In this document: positions 41,267-51,464 of the stretch, in pieces
Layout of the letters: each line of letters begins with the position of its first letter
Position numbering within the stretch: the stretch's first letter is position 1
Source: Candidatus Hodarchaeota archaeon
GTDB lineage: Archaea > Asgardarchaeota > Lokiarchaeia > Sigyniarchaeales > SOKP01
Reading direction: 5' to 3'
NCBI GenBank assembly: GCA_048886685.1
Contig: JBHLKM010000013.1
Span: 1 to 64,000, forward strand
Length of the DNA: 64,000 nucleotides
Position numbers and translations under genes: made by a program
Notes under the pieces: generated by a model
What the model was told of the DNA's origin: nothing
The model's input: only the letters and a program-made list of their open reading frames with translations
Databases searched by the model: none

Positions 41267-41743
41267 GTGGATATCTTAAAGACAGAAAATGGCATTTTTA
41301 ATGAGGATAGATTTAAAAATAATAGAGTAGGTAAAGTTAAACGCTTAAAAACTGGAATGATTGTAGCAATTATAGTAGGAACCTTGTTTATAGCAAGTCA
41401 AAGTCTTATGTTAGTTAATCAAAACTGGTATTATGCAGCTAAACAGAGAATATATATAGATTATAATAATGGAGAAATAGATTATGACACATATTATAAC
41501 AAACGTGAACAACTAGAGCTCAATTTCTATGATAATTTATTAACTGTCTCAATACTCAGTACTATAGCATCAGTTAGCACATCTATCACTTTTATATTCA
41601 TAATTATCTGTTTATTATCAATTGTTTTGGATGAATCATTTAATAGAAAAATGAGGAGATTGGCTTTAGGTTTAGCGGTGATAACGTTATTTTTCGTGTT
41701 GTATCCTATGTTTTTATCTCCAAATATTTATATAGAAATATAA
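41267..41743 (+). CDS. Membrane protein (3 TM; SHOCT-like GEIDYDTYYNKREQL segment)
   Basis: Hydrophobic segments; exact start uncertain. Confidence 0.6.
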   Translation: MDILKTENGIFNEDRFKNNRVGKVKRLKTGMIVAIIVGTLFIASQSLMLVNQNWYYAAKQRIYIDYNNGEIDYDTYYNKREQLELNFYDNLLTVSILSTIASVSTSITFIFIIICLLSIVLDESFNRKMRRLALGLAVITLFFVLYPMFLSPNIYIEI

Positions 41744-41895
41744 GAACAATCACTGACAGATTAGATTAAATCTTTAAAAAAATTCCTCTTTTTTTCTCTT
41801 TATTTCTAAAATATTAATAAGATTTGAATTAATGACATTTTTAAGAATTACTCAAAAAATAAAATTGATAAAAAAGGATTAATGTGCAAGTTGAA

Positions 41896-42398
41896 TTACT
41901 TAACATTCCACATCATTGCGCATTCGCCGATACCGCCTTTTTGAACACCCTCATATCTTAGATTCCTAAAACCGAACTTATTTTTTACCTTCGATAAAAC
42001 ACCCATGATTACTTGTGGAAACATGCAAGATGGACTACCTTATCATGAAATCTATAATAAGTGTTTGCGAAGCACATTTTACAACTGTCTTGTTTAGCAA
42101 TTAATTTTATTACTTCGCCATCTTCATCTTTCACCACTTCTACTTTCGCATTATCTGTTATTGCCCATTCTTGTTCTAAAAATTGTTCTAATCGCTTCAT
42201 GAAATCATCTATCGTATTGACTCCTTTTTCATCGAATTCTCTTCCAATTGTACGCCCAATTTTTGTGAAAATTTCTCCTTTCTTATCCGCAGGGAGCGCC
42301 TTTTGTAAAGCATACCAAAGTTTGAAGAATGTACTATAAGGGACAGTATCAAAACGTGTAGTTAAATTTTGAACTTGGTTTTCTGTTAATGTTGTCAT
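41896..42398 (-). pseudogene. V4R-like (Bet3/H-NOX fold) Cys-containing protein split by a 1-nt frameshift near 42040
   Basis: IGRTIGREF and CKMC lie in the first frame; the shifted frame continues GSPSCMFPQVIMGVL...GECAMMWNVK* to TAA at 41896. Confidence 0.65.
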
Positions 42399-42720
42399 TC
42401 TATTTCATAACCTCTTTTATCTTCTTATAAAGATTTAGAATAGAAATTGGTAATCATCATATTCTATAAAAAAATGCCAATTACTGTATATATGATAACG
42501 GCTGAGCTATCAGATTTTTTATAACGTATAAATTATAGATATATCATAATATAATAGTATTAAATTAGGCTCTTTATAACAAAACTATATTAAATTACAG
42601 ATTAACTCTTTGATAATGGAGTTTAAAAACATTAGTAAGGAACTATTATTATACCGTAATCTATATTTTCTTTCTAAAATTATTTAAAATATAACCTAAA
42701 GAATTGAATAAATATTAAAA

Positions 42721-43350
42721 ATGACAAAAACTAATGAAACATTAGTAAATGGCGAAGCGAAGAGAGTTCTTTTTCAGTCAATGGAACTAATAATGAATAA
42801 TATTCAGGCTAACATTGACCACTTAGATAAAAATTTCAAGTATACACAAAAATTTATAGATTTAGTTCATGATGGTTTAATAAATAAACGTAGGTTTTTC
42901 TTATTAGCCTCAGGAAGAAGTGCCTTCATATTGCAATGCTTTGCCACTAGACTCGTTCATTTAGGTGCAGAAGTTCACATAGTTACCAATCTTGCAAGTA
43001 TGCCTGCCCTTCGAAAAAAAGACATTCTGATTGTGTTGTCTGGATCTGGTACCACGAGTATTGTCGTAAGTTTATTGAATAATTATGTAAATACAATTAA
43101 ACCGTATGGAATAATAACAATAACATCTCATCCAGAAACCGTTATTGGGCGTCTAGGAGACATTACTATCAAGCTAAAAGGCAGAACTAAAAGAGATAAA
43201 GCTGTGGGTGATACTGCTGTTCTTGCCCCAGAAGGAACTATGTTTGAAATAGCCGCCTTTGCCTACTTAGATGCAGTTATTGCAGAGTTAGCCATTAAAA
43301 TGGGAAAAACTAATGATGAAATGTTAAAAAAGCATTCACAAGCCACATAA
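42721..43350 (+). CDS. hxlB: SIS-domain 6-phospho-3-hexuloisomerase-like protein
   Basis: SGRSA, FATRLVHLG, LSGSGTT, APEGTMFE, terminal KKH. Confidence 0.8.
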   Translation: MTKTNETLVNGEAKRVLFQSMELIMNNIQANIDHLDKNFKYTQKFIDLVHDGLINKRRFFLLASGRSAFILQCFATRLVHLGAEVHIVTNLASMPALRKKDILIVLSGSGTTSIVVSLLNNYVNTIKPYGIITITSHPETVIGRLGDITIKLKGRTKRDKAVGDTAVLAPEGTMFEIAAFAYLDAVIAELAIKMGKTNDEMLKKHSQAT

Positions 43351-43467
43351 TCACTTTTACTAATACTTTCCCTTAAAATTTAAATAACATTTAACATGCG
43401 CCGATTTATAGTGTTTTTATGAGAATTATCAATTCGATGACTAATAATCTCCAAATCGGCGCACACT

Positions 43468-44337
43468 TTATAAACAGAGTGCGCCAATTGCAGCACAAAA
43501 TTCAGAATTCTTTATAAATATAGCTTTATTTCCATTAACTTTACACATTACAGACAAAATTTTCTTTACTATCCTGTTTTCTTTTAAAAAGCCACCACAG
43601 AAAACAATAGTATAAATATCATTGATCCTGGCCATCAAGTTAGCAATCATGCCTATATTTTCACCAATCATACATATCAATGAATTAATAAAATCTTCTT
43701 TTTTTAGATTATTTAAGTTATAATTTAAATCAATTTTCCCAAAGGTTGCTGCCGTAAATTCCCTGAATGACAAATCAACTCTATCGTCTTCAGGCTCATA
43801 GATATCAGAGACTTTTAAATCAATTTTATATCTATTGCCACTATTAGCCAAGTTTAATGCTTCTTTGAAATCATCTAAATTAAACAGTGCTTTAAGGATG
43901 CCCATAAAAAAGCCACCTCCCAAAGCTGTACCACCTAAGTGTTCAATTAAATTTTTTTTAGAAACCATAGAAGTTCCAGTTCCGATGGTCACGATTAATG
44001 ATTCTGATAATTCTTTCTTTTTTTCTAATAAATGAAGTATTTCAACTCCCTTAACATTAGCTTCAAATTCATTTATTATTTTTGTTTCAAAATTTTTTGA
44101 ATATGTTTGAAATAAGTTGAAACTTTTCCCTCCTGTAAAATTTACTTTTTTATAATGCTCTATTCTTGACTTTATGGCATCTTCGAAATCTGTTGACTCG
44201 TTTTGAGTATGATAGTACGAGCAATTTAATATCTCATCCTCTAAGAATACCATTTTTGAAAGGCTTTGTCCCATATCTACTCCAATTGTATCTAATGGAA
44301 TTGTAGCATCCAAATTGTCTATATTAACATTAATCAC
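43468..44337 (-). CDS. coaW: Type II pantothenate kinase (CoaW/fumble family)
   Basis: GVDMGQSLSK, FTGG, NEF...GV, IGTGTS, GGTALGGG, DLKVSDIY, AATFGK, AAIGA. Confidence 0.85.
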   Translation of the reverse strand: MINVNIDNLDATIPLDTIGVDMGQSLSKMVFLEDEILNCSYYHTQNESTDFEDAIKSRIEHYKKVNFTGGKSFNLFQTYSKNFETKIINEFEANVKGVEILHLLEKKKELSESLIVTIGTGTSMVSKKNLIEHLGGTALGGGFFMGILKALFNLDDFKEALNLANSGNRYKIDLKVSDIYEPEDDRVDLSFREFTAATFGKIDLNYNLNNLKKEDFINSLICMIGENIGMIANLMARINDIYTIVFCGGFLKENRIVKKILSVMCKVNGNKAIFIKNSEFCAAIGALCL

Positions 44338-44420
44338 CTAATTCATCACTTAACTTAAAATTCAATTCATTCATTATTTAATATTATTAATTTAATTAAT
44401 GAGTTATCTAAATCATTTTC

Positions 44421-45893
44421 ATGAAAGATCAGTCAGACTTACTTAACACAGAGGTTGCGATAGTTAAGGGTGATACACCGAAAGAAACTGTTTTAAATGG
44501 AATTGAAGTACTTGGGGGGATACATAAATTCATTAAAGAGGGAGATCAAGTATTTATTAAATTTAATTTGAACTTACCCACTGGTTTTCCCACGAATACT
44601 AATTTTGATGTACTTGTGTCATTGATTACTTCATGTAAAAAAGCTGGAGCAAGTAAAATATACTTGGGTAGTTTTCCATTTAAGGGTATTTCAATCGATA
44701 CGATTTCTAATATTTTAAATTTAAAGGATCATTTTAATAGCTTTGGAGCAGAATTAGTATTTTTAGATAATAGTGATATTTTTAAAGAGAAAAATTTCAA
44801 GAAGGAACAGTTGAATCAAATAAAGGATAAGTCTTTTACAAAGGTAAACATTAATGAAAAAAAATATTTTGTCCCAAAAACTATAATTGATTCAGATAAA
44901 TTCATTATTGTGAATCAAGTAAATGTAGATCCGTTATTTAAATTGAATCTATCTCTTTTAAATTCATATTCAATAATCCCTCCAAAATATCAAGAAATTA
45001 TATGTAATGAAAATCGAGATCCTGATTATATCCCTTTTGATCAATATAAAAACGATTTAATCTCTAACGTTATTGATGTTTTTACTATTAAGCAACCGGA
45101 TTTAGTAGTAAATGATCTTTTTTATTTATTAGAACGTGCTGGACCATATATTTATAGGGATTCTAACTTAAAAAAAACGGGAATAGTAATTATTGGAAAT
45201 AATGCTGTACCTGTTGATTTAACCACTTTAAAATTATTAAATATAGATATTCAAAACTATAACTTGATTTTGGAAGCAAATCAAAGAGGTTTAGGTACAA
45301 TAGATCCTCAGAAAATAGAAATTCTTGGTGAAAAAATCGAAGATAACAAAATTAATATAAATCTATGCATATCCAAACTCGAAAACATCAATGTAAAAAA
45401 CATAATAGTAAATACAGGTCATATTTGTTCTGGATGTTTTAAACAGGCATATCATCTGTTAAATTTTATGAAAACATATATGACTAAAGATCTAAAATAT
45501 AATTCAAAAAATGCTTTTTTGGTTGGTCAAGATCCTTTAGAACCAGAACATTTTACGAATGTTTTATTATTTGGTGATTGTGCTATAAAAAGTACGAATG
45601 CTAGTAATTTTAGAAAGATAGAAAAGGTTTCAAGAAAAAATACTGCAAGTAAGAAAAAATCTAAGAAATCAAAAAAACATAGTTCTCATAAACAGGAAAA
45701 AGTTAAGGAAAAAACAAATAAAAAAATATTAGAATTCCAAGGATGTCCACCTGATATTCTGGATTGTTTAGAATTACTATTTAAATATTACGGAAAGAAA
45801 AATCTACCTAATTTATTTTTTATTAGAACAATTTTGGAAACAATTGTTAATCCTAAAGAACAAGAAAAATTTAGGATGATGGGGGTTATTTAG
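44421..45893 (+). CDS. DUF362-domain Fe-S protein
   Basis: N-terminal DUF362-like pattern (GGI.KFIK.GD.V.IK.N), CSGC, GDCA, GCPP. Confidence 0.7.
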   Translation: MKDQSDLLNTEVAIVKGDTPKETVLNGIEVLGGIHKFIKEGDQVFIKFNLNLPTGFPTNTNFDVLVSLITSCKKAGASKIYLGSFPFKGISIDTISNILNLKDHFNSFGAELVFLDNSDIFKEKNFKKEQLNQIKDKSFTKVNINEKKYFVPKTIIDSDKFIIVNQVNVDPLFKLNLSLLNSYSIIPPKYQEIICNENRDPDYIPFDQYKNDLISNVIDVFTIKQPDLVVNDLFYLLERAGPYIYRDSNLKKTGIVIIGNNAVPVDLTTLKLLNIDIQNYNLILEANQRGLGTIDPQKIEILGEKIEDNKININLCISKLENINVKNIIVNTGHICSGCFKQAYHLLNFMKTYMTKDLKYNSKNAFLVGQDPLEPEHFTNVLLFGDCAIKSTNASNFRKIEKVSRKNTASKKKSKKSKKHSSHKQEKVKEKTNKKILEFQGCPPDILDCLELLFKYYGKKNLPNLFFIRTILETIVNPKEQEKFRMMGVI

Positions 45894-45897
45894 AGAA

Positions 45898-47478
45898 TTG
45901 ATAAACAGGAAATTCCAAGAAAATTGGTTAAAAATACTTAAATATAATTCTAATATTGAATTAGGAGACAAATTCAAATTAGTAGAAGATATAGTAAGAA
46001 TACCCCTCACACCAATAGGAGTTAATCCATATCTTTTATATTATCTTTTCGAAATTTTTTATCCAAAGTTTATCAATTCACAGCAGAATATCTTGGATAT
46101 AATAATATCTAATAACGGAAGAAATATTATTAAGTCATATTTATACAGGACAAAGAAAGCCGGTATTCATGAATCAATAGAAATAGTTCCACATGACATT
46201 ATTAAAATTCATAAAAAAGACTTTGAAGATATTGAAAGATTTTATAATAGAGTATTAGAAAGTCTGATTAAAAAGAAAGGAGTGAGAGTTTCATCAATTA
46301 GAGTTTTCAAAGAAAAAGCTATAAGTTATATTAATCAGCATTGTGTAGGTATTGAAGATTTACCTTTCGATGTATTTTTATTGAAATTCCTTGATTTGAT
46401 CCAAAAACTGATTGAACAAGATTTATTTATAATGTATCCAGAGCCGAAAATATTTAGATTCTTAAAAGAGATTATCAGTTTTTTAAATGGGTATCGAATT
46501 AATAGTATTTTTAACGTGTTGTACCCTCTATTACCTGAATTTAACATTGCATTTACATTTGGTTCTAAAGACATACTTATTATTTTACATTTACAAAAAT
46601 TATTTGTTTCAAACTCTGAGACACCGTATTTAAGATTAAAAATAATGCTCCCGAAAGAATTGGATATTAATGTTGATAATTTACACGAAAATGAAATTTT
46701 GGAGCTCGTTGGAGAACGTTTGCAAACAGAGAATGCATACTTTATAAAACAAAGTGATATAATTTTACTCTTTACAGATTTAATTAACTTGCCTGTTCAA
46801 CTTAAGGAGGAAGATCTGCTACTCTTTTTTCAGAAAATCTTATTTGCATATCGAAGTTATGAGAAACATTGGTATGTAAGACCAAAACCAATAGTTTATA
46901 ATAATCTACTGAGATTTATATTTAGGATTTTTGGATACAATTTAAGCCTTCGAAAAGTTTCCCATTGGGCAATACCTTATTTAATTTCTAACCTATTTGA
47001 GAGCTCGTTTGGATTAAATTCAAAGATTTTATTAGTAATTTCAGATTCTGGAAAATATAAAAAGCTTAAAATAAATAATTTAAACTATTTAGAGAAGGTT
47101 TCTGATTATATCCTCCTTTTTGAAATTGAAAATAAGACGTTAATAAAAATCAATAAAATAAATAAGGAGGATTTATTTACCGATGGGGAAATCAAAGGTT
47201 TAGGGTCAATTCGAAAAAAATTTTCTGAAAAACATGGTTTTCTTTCAAATGTAATTATAATTGATAAACTTTTAATCCAAAATCTTATTAAACATTTTAT
47301 ATTTAGACATTCAGAATATGCTCCTATCTCAAAGATAAGAACACTAAAGATGTTAAAAAGGCAAAAGTTCTTTTATATATTTCCTGAAATACCTCTCTAT
47401 AAATTAATCCAAAAAAAAAGTCCACTTGCTCTCTTAAAACTTGTTCTGCCAATATTCATCGATAAGCATGAATTTTAA
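45898..47478 (+). CDS. Hypothetical protein
   Basis: 526-aa ORF adjacent to the upstream gene; no motif recognised. Confidence 0.6.
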   Translation: MINRKFQENWLKILKYNSNIELGDKFKLVEDIVRIPLTPIGVNPYLLYYLFEIFYPKFINSQQNILDIIISNNGRNIIKSYLYRTKKAGIHESIEIVPHDIIKIHKKDFEDIERFYNRVLESLIKKKGVRVSSIRVFKEKAISYINQHCVGIEDLPFDVFLLKFLDLIQKLIEQDLFIMYPEPKIFRFLKEIISFLNGYRINSIFNVLYPLLPEFNIAFTFGSKDILIILHLQKLFVSNSETPYLRLKIMLPKELDINVDNLHENEILELVGERLQTENAYFIKQSDIILLFTDLINLPVQLKEEDLLLFFQKILFAYRSYEKHWYVRPKPIVYNNLLRFIFRIFGYNLSLRKVSHWAIPYLISNLFESSFGLNSKILLVISDSGKYKKLKINNLNYLEKVSDYILLFEIENKTLIKINKINKEDLFTDGEIKGLGSIRKKFSEKHGFLSNVIIIDKLLIQNLIKHFIFRHSEYAPISKIRTLKMLKRQKFFYIFPEIPLYKLIQKKSPLALLKLVLPIFIDKHEF

Positions 47479-47483
47479 CATAT

Positions 47484-48572
47484 TTAAATTATGAATCCTT
47501 TAGCTACTAACAGTTCTGCACTTAAAATACTTCCCCCAGCAGCACCTCTTACAGTATTATGACTTAAAGCTACAAATTTAAAGTCAAATACATTATCCTC
47601 CCTTAGCCGTCCTACTGTTACTGCCATTCCTTTATCGTTATCTCTATCTTTTTTTGGCTGAGGTCTATCGATATTATTTAAATAAATAATTGGCTGCTTT
47701 GGAGCGAATGGTAGGTCCAATTCTTGAGGAACCGATTTAAAAGAACTCCAGATATCAATGATCTCCTCTTTTGATGGAGTAGAATCTTTAAATTTTACAT
47801 TTACACTAGCAGTATGGCCATCGGATACTGGAACTCTTGTACATGTAGAACTTATATCAATGGAATCATCATTTTCAATTCCATTTTCACCCACTTTTCC
47901 CAAGATTTTCAAAGGTTCTTTTTCAGTTTTTTCTTCCTCTCCATTAACATATGGAACAACATTATCAACGATATCTAAAGAAGGAACACCAGGATATCCT
48001 GCTCCAGAAACTGCCTGTAGAGTTGTCATAACTAATTTATCAACTTTATAACCTGCTTGTTCTAAAGCATATATAGGAGTTAAAAAACACTGAACTGAAC
48101 AATTCGGTTTTACAACTATAAAACCTTGTGTAAAACCCATGTTTCTTTGTTGGATCGGTATAACATTTATATGTTCATGGTTGATTTCACCAATAAGTAC
48201 AGGCACATCTGGACTCCAGCGATGAGCGGAATTATTGCTTATTACAGGGATCCCTCTTTTAGCATATTCAACTTCGAGCTCTTTAACTTGCTCTTTAGTG
48301 GGCATGTTGATAGCAGAAAAGACAAAACTAAGATCTTCTGGAACTTTTTCAAAATCCTGTACATCTCTTACCATTAATTCCTTGACAATTTTAGGGATCG
48401 AAAATGACATTTGCCATTTTGTCTTTACGGCTTCTTCATATGTCTTATCTGCTGATCGTGGCGATGCTGCTACATCAACTATCTGAAACCAAGGATGATT
48501 TTGTAATAAATTAATATAATTCTGACCTACAATTCCCGTGGCACCTAATATTCCTATCTTATATTTTTTCAT
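47484..48572 (-). CDS. asd: Aspartate-semialdehyde dehydrogenase
   Basis: GATGIVGQ, KPNCS, QAVSGAG, RVPVSDGH, HNTVRGAAG. Confidence 0.96.
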   Translation of the reverse strand: MKKYKIGILGATGIVGQNYINLLQNHPWFQIVDVAASPRSADKTYEEAVKTKWQMSFSIPKIVKELMVRDVQDFEKVPEDLSFVFSAINMPTKEQVKELEVEYAKRGIPVISNNSAHRWSPDVPVLIGEINHEHINVIPIQQRNMGFTQGFIVVKPNCSVQCFLTPIYALEQAGYKVDKLVMTTLQAVSGAGYPGVPSLDIVDNVVPYVNGEEEKTEKEPLKILGKVGENGIENDDSIDISSTCTRVPVSDGHTASVNVKFKDSTPSKEEIIDIWSSFKSVPQELDLPFAPKQPIIYLNNIDRPQPKKDRDNDKGMAVTVGRLREDNVFDFKFVALSHNTVRGAAGGSILSAELLVAKGFII

Positions 48573-48759
48573 AAAAGAACCTTCGTTTGTTATTTAATTT
48601 TATTAAAAATATGAATGTTAAATTATTTTTAGTATTGTATATAATTAAATTTGTTGATTTTTGTCATAAGTTTTTGAATTTTGATACATTTTTATGTGTT
48701 AGAAACTTTAATCTATATCGTATTTATGAATTTATTTGAAAAAAAATTAATGTGATATC

Positions 48760-49290
48760 ATGCCAGGACCTTATGATGAGTTAGAAAAAGAAGCTGAAAA
48801 CTATGAAAGACGATCAAAAGACGAATTTAAACAGAAAAATTTCATTTCAGCAATATCATTACTAGGAGAAGCACTTGAAATTTATTCGAAACTAGGATTT
48901 CAGGGCAAAATTGGAATGATTAACCAAAGAATAGCTCAGTTAAAAAACTTGGTTAAATATGAAAAACAAGATTCAGTTGTCAGAATAAGAGGAGATGTAG
49001 AGTTCCAACAACGTGTTGATACTGTTTTAAAAGAAAAAGAAAAGTATGTAGATCAAAAATTATCAGAGCAGAAAGCCCTACCTCCAGAAATGAAAAGAAA
49101 ACTTGAACAAATTGGATTAGTGGTTGAAAAGGCAGAAAAAGAAGAAAAACTAGGTAAAATTTCAAGAGTATTAGGGAGATATGAATATATTTTAGAGATA
49201 TATAAGTCTATACCTAAAGATGTAATGAACTTTTCTAATGAAATCTATGAAATTGAAAAGAAAATATCAACGCTACGTTCACAAGAATAA
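48760..49290 (+). CDS. Hypothetical helical (TPR/MIT-like hairpin) protein
   Basis: Two AxxxE...A/V...Y helical-hairpin segments. Confidence 0.6.
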   Translation: MPGPYDELEKEAENYERRSKDEFKQKNFISAISLLGEALEIYSKLGFQGKIGMINQRIAQLKNLVKYEKQDSVVRIRGDVEFQQRVDTVLKEKEKYVDQKLSEQKALPPEMKRKLEQIGLVVEKAEKEEKLGKISRVLGRYEYILEIYKSIPKDVMNFSNEIYEIEKKISTLRSQE

Positions 49291-49338
49291 TTATAATTCT
49301 TTCTCTTATTTTAAATTAAAAAAATTATCGAAATATTT

Positions 49339-50376
49339 ATGAAAAATCCCTTTAATGAGTTTTATCATGTCCCAAATTCAAAGGAATTATTGGATATGGC
49401 TTTTAAGAAAGGTATGAAGAGTTCTGCTCAAGTTTCAAAAAACGCTCCGATTCTAATAAAAGCAATAAAAAAAGAATCAAAACGTATAAAGGTTGCAATT
49501 GAGGTCTTAATTAATCGGATTTTAAATATTATAAAGATGGTTCCAATTATAGATGATCTTCCTGATTTTTATAAAGAATTGGCATCAATTTTAGTAGATA
49601 TAGACAAATTGAAACTAAATTTAGGTAAATTAAACGGAATTTTACCTATTTTAAGTAAAATAGAAAGAGAGCATTTAAACCGATTAAAAAAAATTGAGTT
49701 CCCGAAAGAAGGAGATAATATTAGAAGAGCTGCTTTTGGTAGAATATCTTCTATTATTAACAAACAAGGTAAAAATCTTAAATATTTAAACGATATTAGA
49801 GGTAGTTTGAGAAAGATTCCCACAATTGATTATACTCTACCATGTATAGTAGTTGCAGGTTATCCAAATGTAGGTAAAAGTAGTATTGTAAAACATATAT
49901 CAACGAATAAGAAAATTGAAGTTAAGGAATATCCTTTTACTACTAAACAATTAAATATGGGGCATTTAGAAATAGAACAGAGATTTGAGACAATTAAAAT
50001 ACAATGCTTAGATACTCCTGGTATATTAGATCGCCCTATGTCAAAAAGAAATAAAATTGAACTTCAAGCAATATTAGCTTTAAGATTGATCTCTGATTTA
50101 ATTTTGTTTATTTTTGATCCTACACCTGCATGTGGTTATGATATCGCATCTCAAATTGAATTGTTTCATGAAATAAAACAAAATTTTTCTAAAGAAGGAA
50201 AAATCGAAATTATCATTATATTTAATAAGATTGATTTAGCTAAGGACTCAGAAATTACATATTTAAAGGAAAAATTAAAACTAAAAGATGATGAATTTCA
50301 TTTAACAAACGCTTTAACCGGGGAAAATTTAGATAAGTTAATTAATGTATTAAAAAATAGATATCGGGGGAATTAA
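49339..50376 (+). CDS. NOG1-family (Obg-like) ribosome-biogenesis GTPase
   Basis: GYPNVGKS, YPFTT, DTPGILDRP, NKID; N-terminal helical domain. Confidence 0.92.
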   Translation: MKNPFNEFYHVPNSKELLDMAFKKGMKSSAQVSKNAPILIKAIKKESKRIKVAIEVLINRILNIIKMVPIIDDLPDFYKELASILVDIDKLKLNLGKLNGILPILSKIEREHLNRLKKIEFPKEGDNIRRAAFGRISSIINKQGKNLKYLNDIRGSLRKIPTIDYTLPCIVVAGYPNVGKSSIVKHISTNKKIEVKEYPFTTKQLNMGHLEIEQRFETIKIQCLDTPGILDRPMSKRNKIELQAILALRLISDLILFIFDPTPACGYDIASQIELFHEIKQNFSKEGKIEIIIIFNKIDLAKDSEITYLKEKLKLKDDEFHLTNALTGENLDKLINVLKNRYRGN

Positions 50377-51449
50377 TAATAATTTTAGTAGGTTTAGACA
50401 TTGGTGGGGCTAATTCTAAAGCAGCACTAATCCATTTTAAAGACGAACAAATCTTAGATTCATATTCATATATAGAATATTTTCCCTTCTGGGAAAAGAC
50501 TAAAACAGAGATTCCAGAAATGTTATACGCAATTATCGCGAAGTTAATTGAAATGAATGACTATCAACTCGAAGATATTGATTATTTCGCAGTAGCTATT
50601 ACTGCTGAACTTTCTGATTTATTCCAAACAAAGAAAGAAGGAATTTTAACAATTTTAGATGCATTAGGAAGTGTATTTAACAAGAATAAACTACAATTTA
50701 TTTCAAACAAACAAACATTTCTTGATTATAATATTGCTAAATCTGATCCTTATTCGATCGCAGCAGCTAATTGGGTATCTACAGCTCTGTTTTTAGGTCA
50801 ATTTGTGCCTAATTGTATTTTAATTGATGCAGGCTCAACCACAATTGATATTATTCCGATTATCGAATCAAAACCTGCTGCTCTCGGTAATGATGACATT
50901 TCTCGTCTAATTAATCACGAATTAATCTATACTGGAGGTTTAAGGGCGACTATCCCCTCCATAACTCATCATGTTCCTTATAAAGGTAAAAGTGTACGTG
51001 TTTCGTTTGAAAAATTTGCTTTAGTTTCTGATGTTCATAGAATATTAAATAATATCTCAGAAAAGGAGTATATAAATGATACTGTTGATAATCGTTCAAA
51101 ATCACTACAAGATTGTTATGCTCGACTCTCTAGAGTAATATGTATGGACACAGAAACACTTTCAAAGGAAAATTTAAACAAAATTGCTAATTATATTTAT
51201 GAAAAACAATTAAATATTATTTCTAGAGAAATTAAAGTATTTATGGATAAATTAATAATTAGATTTAAAGAATTTGAGAATAATCCGAGATTCGTTATAA
51301 CTGGTTTATCAGCTGATTTCTTAATTAGAAAATCTCTGCAAGAATTAGGGTATCAAAATGTTAGTAATTATGAAGAAATAACTAATATCCCTGACAAAAT
51401 CAGCTCATCTGCTTTTGCTGTAGCGGGATCATTCTACTATCAATTATAA
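50376..51449 (+). CDS. mfnF: MfnF-like methanofuran biosynthesis protein (H4MPT-linked C1 transfer / ASKHA fold); start non-AUG, near 50376-50382
   Basis: In-frame upstream GLDIGGANSK at 50391; TAELSD, AAANW, DAGSTTIDIIP, ELIYTG. Confidence 0.78.
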   Translation: MIILVGLDIGGANSKAALIHFKDEQILDSYSYIEYFPFWEKTKTEIPEMLYAIIAKLIEMNDYQLEDIDYFAVAITAELSDLFQTKKEGILTILDALGSVFNKNKLQFISNKQTFLDYNIAKSDPYSIAAANWVSTALFLGQFVPNCILIDAGSTTIDIIPIIESKPAALGNDDISRLINHELIYTGGLRATIPSITHHVPYKGKSVRVSFEKFALVSDVHRILNNISEKEYINDTVDNRSKSLQDCYARLSRVICMDTETLSKENLNKIANYIYEKQLNIISREIKVFMDKLIIRFKEFENNPRFVITGLSADFLIRKSLQELGYQNVSNYEEITNIPDKISSSAFAVAGSFYYQL

Positions 51450-51464
51450 TATGTACAGAGGATT

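Noticed and set aside
43397-43463. Hairpin read as a third SECIS
   Set aside because: No AUGA/GA quartet in a paired position, and no in-frame UGA in either flanking gene.
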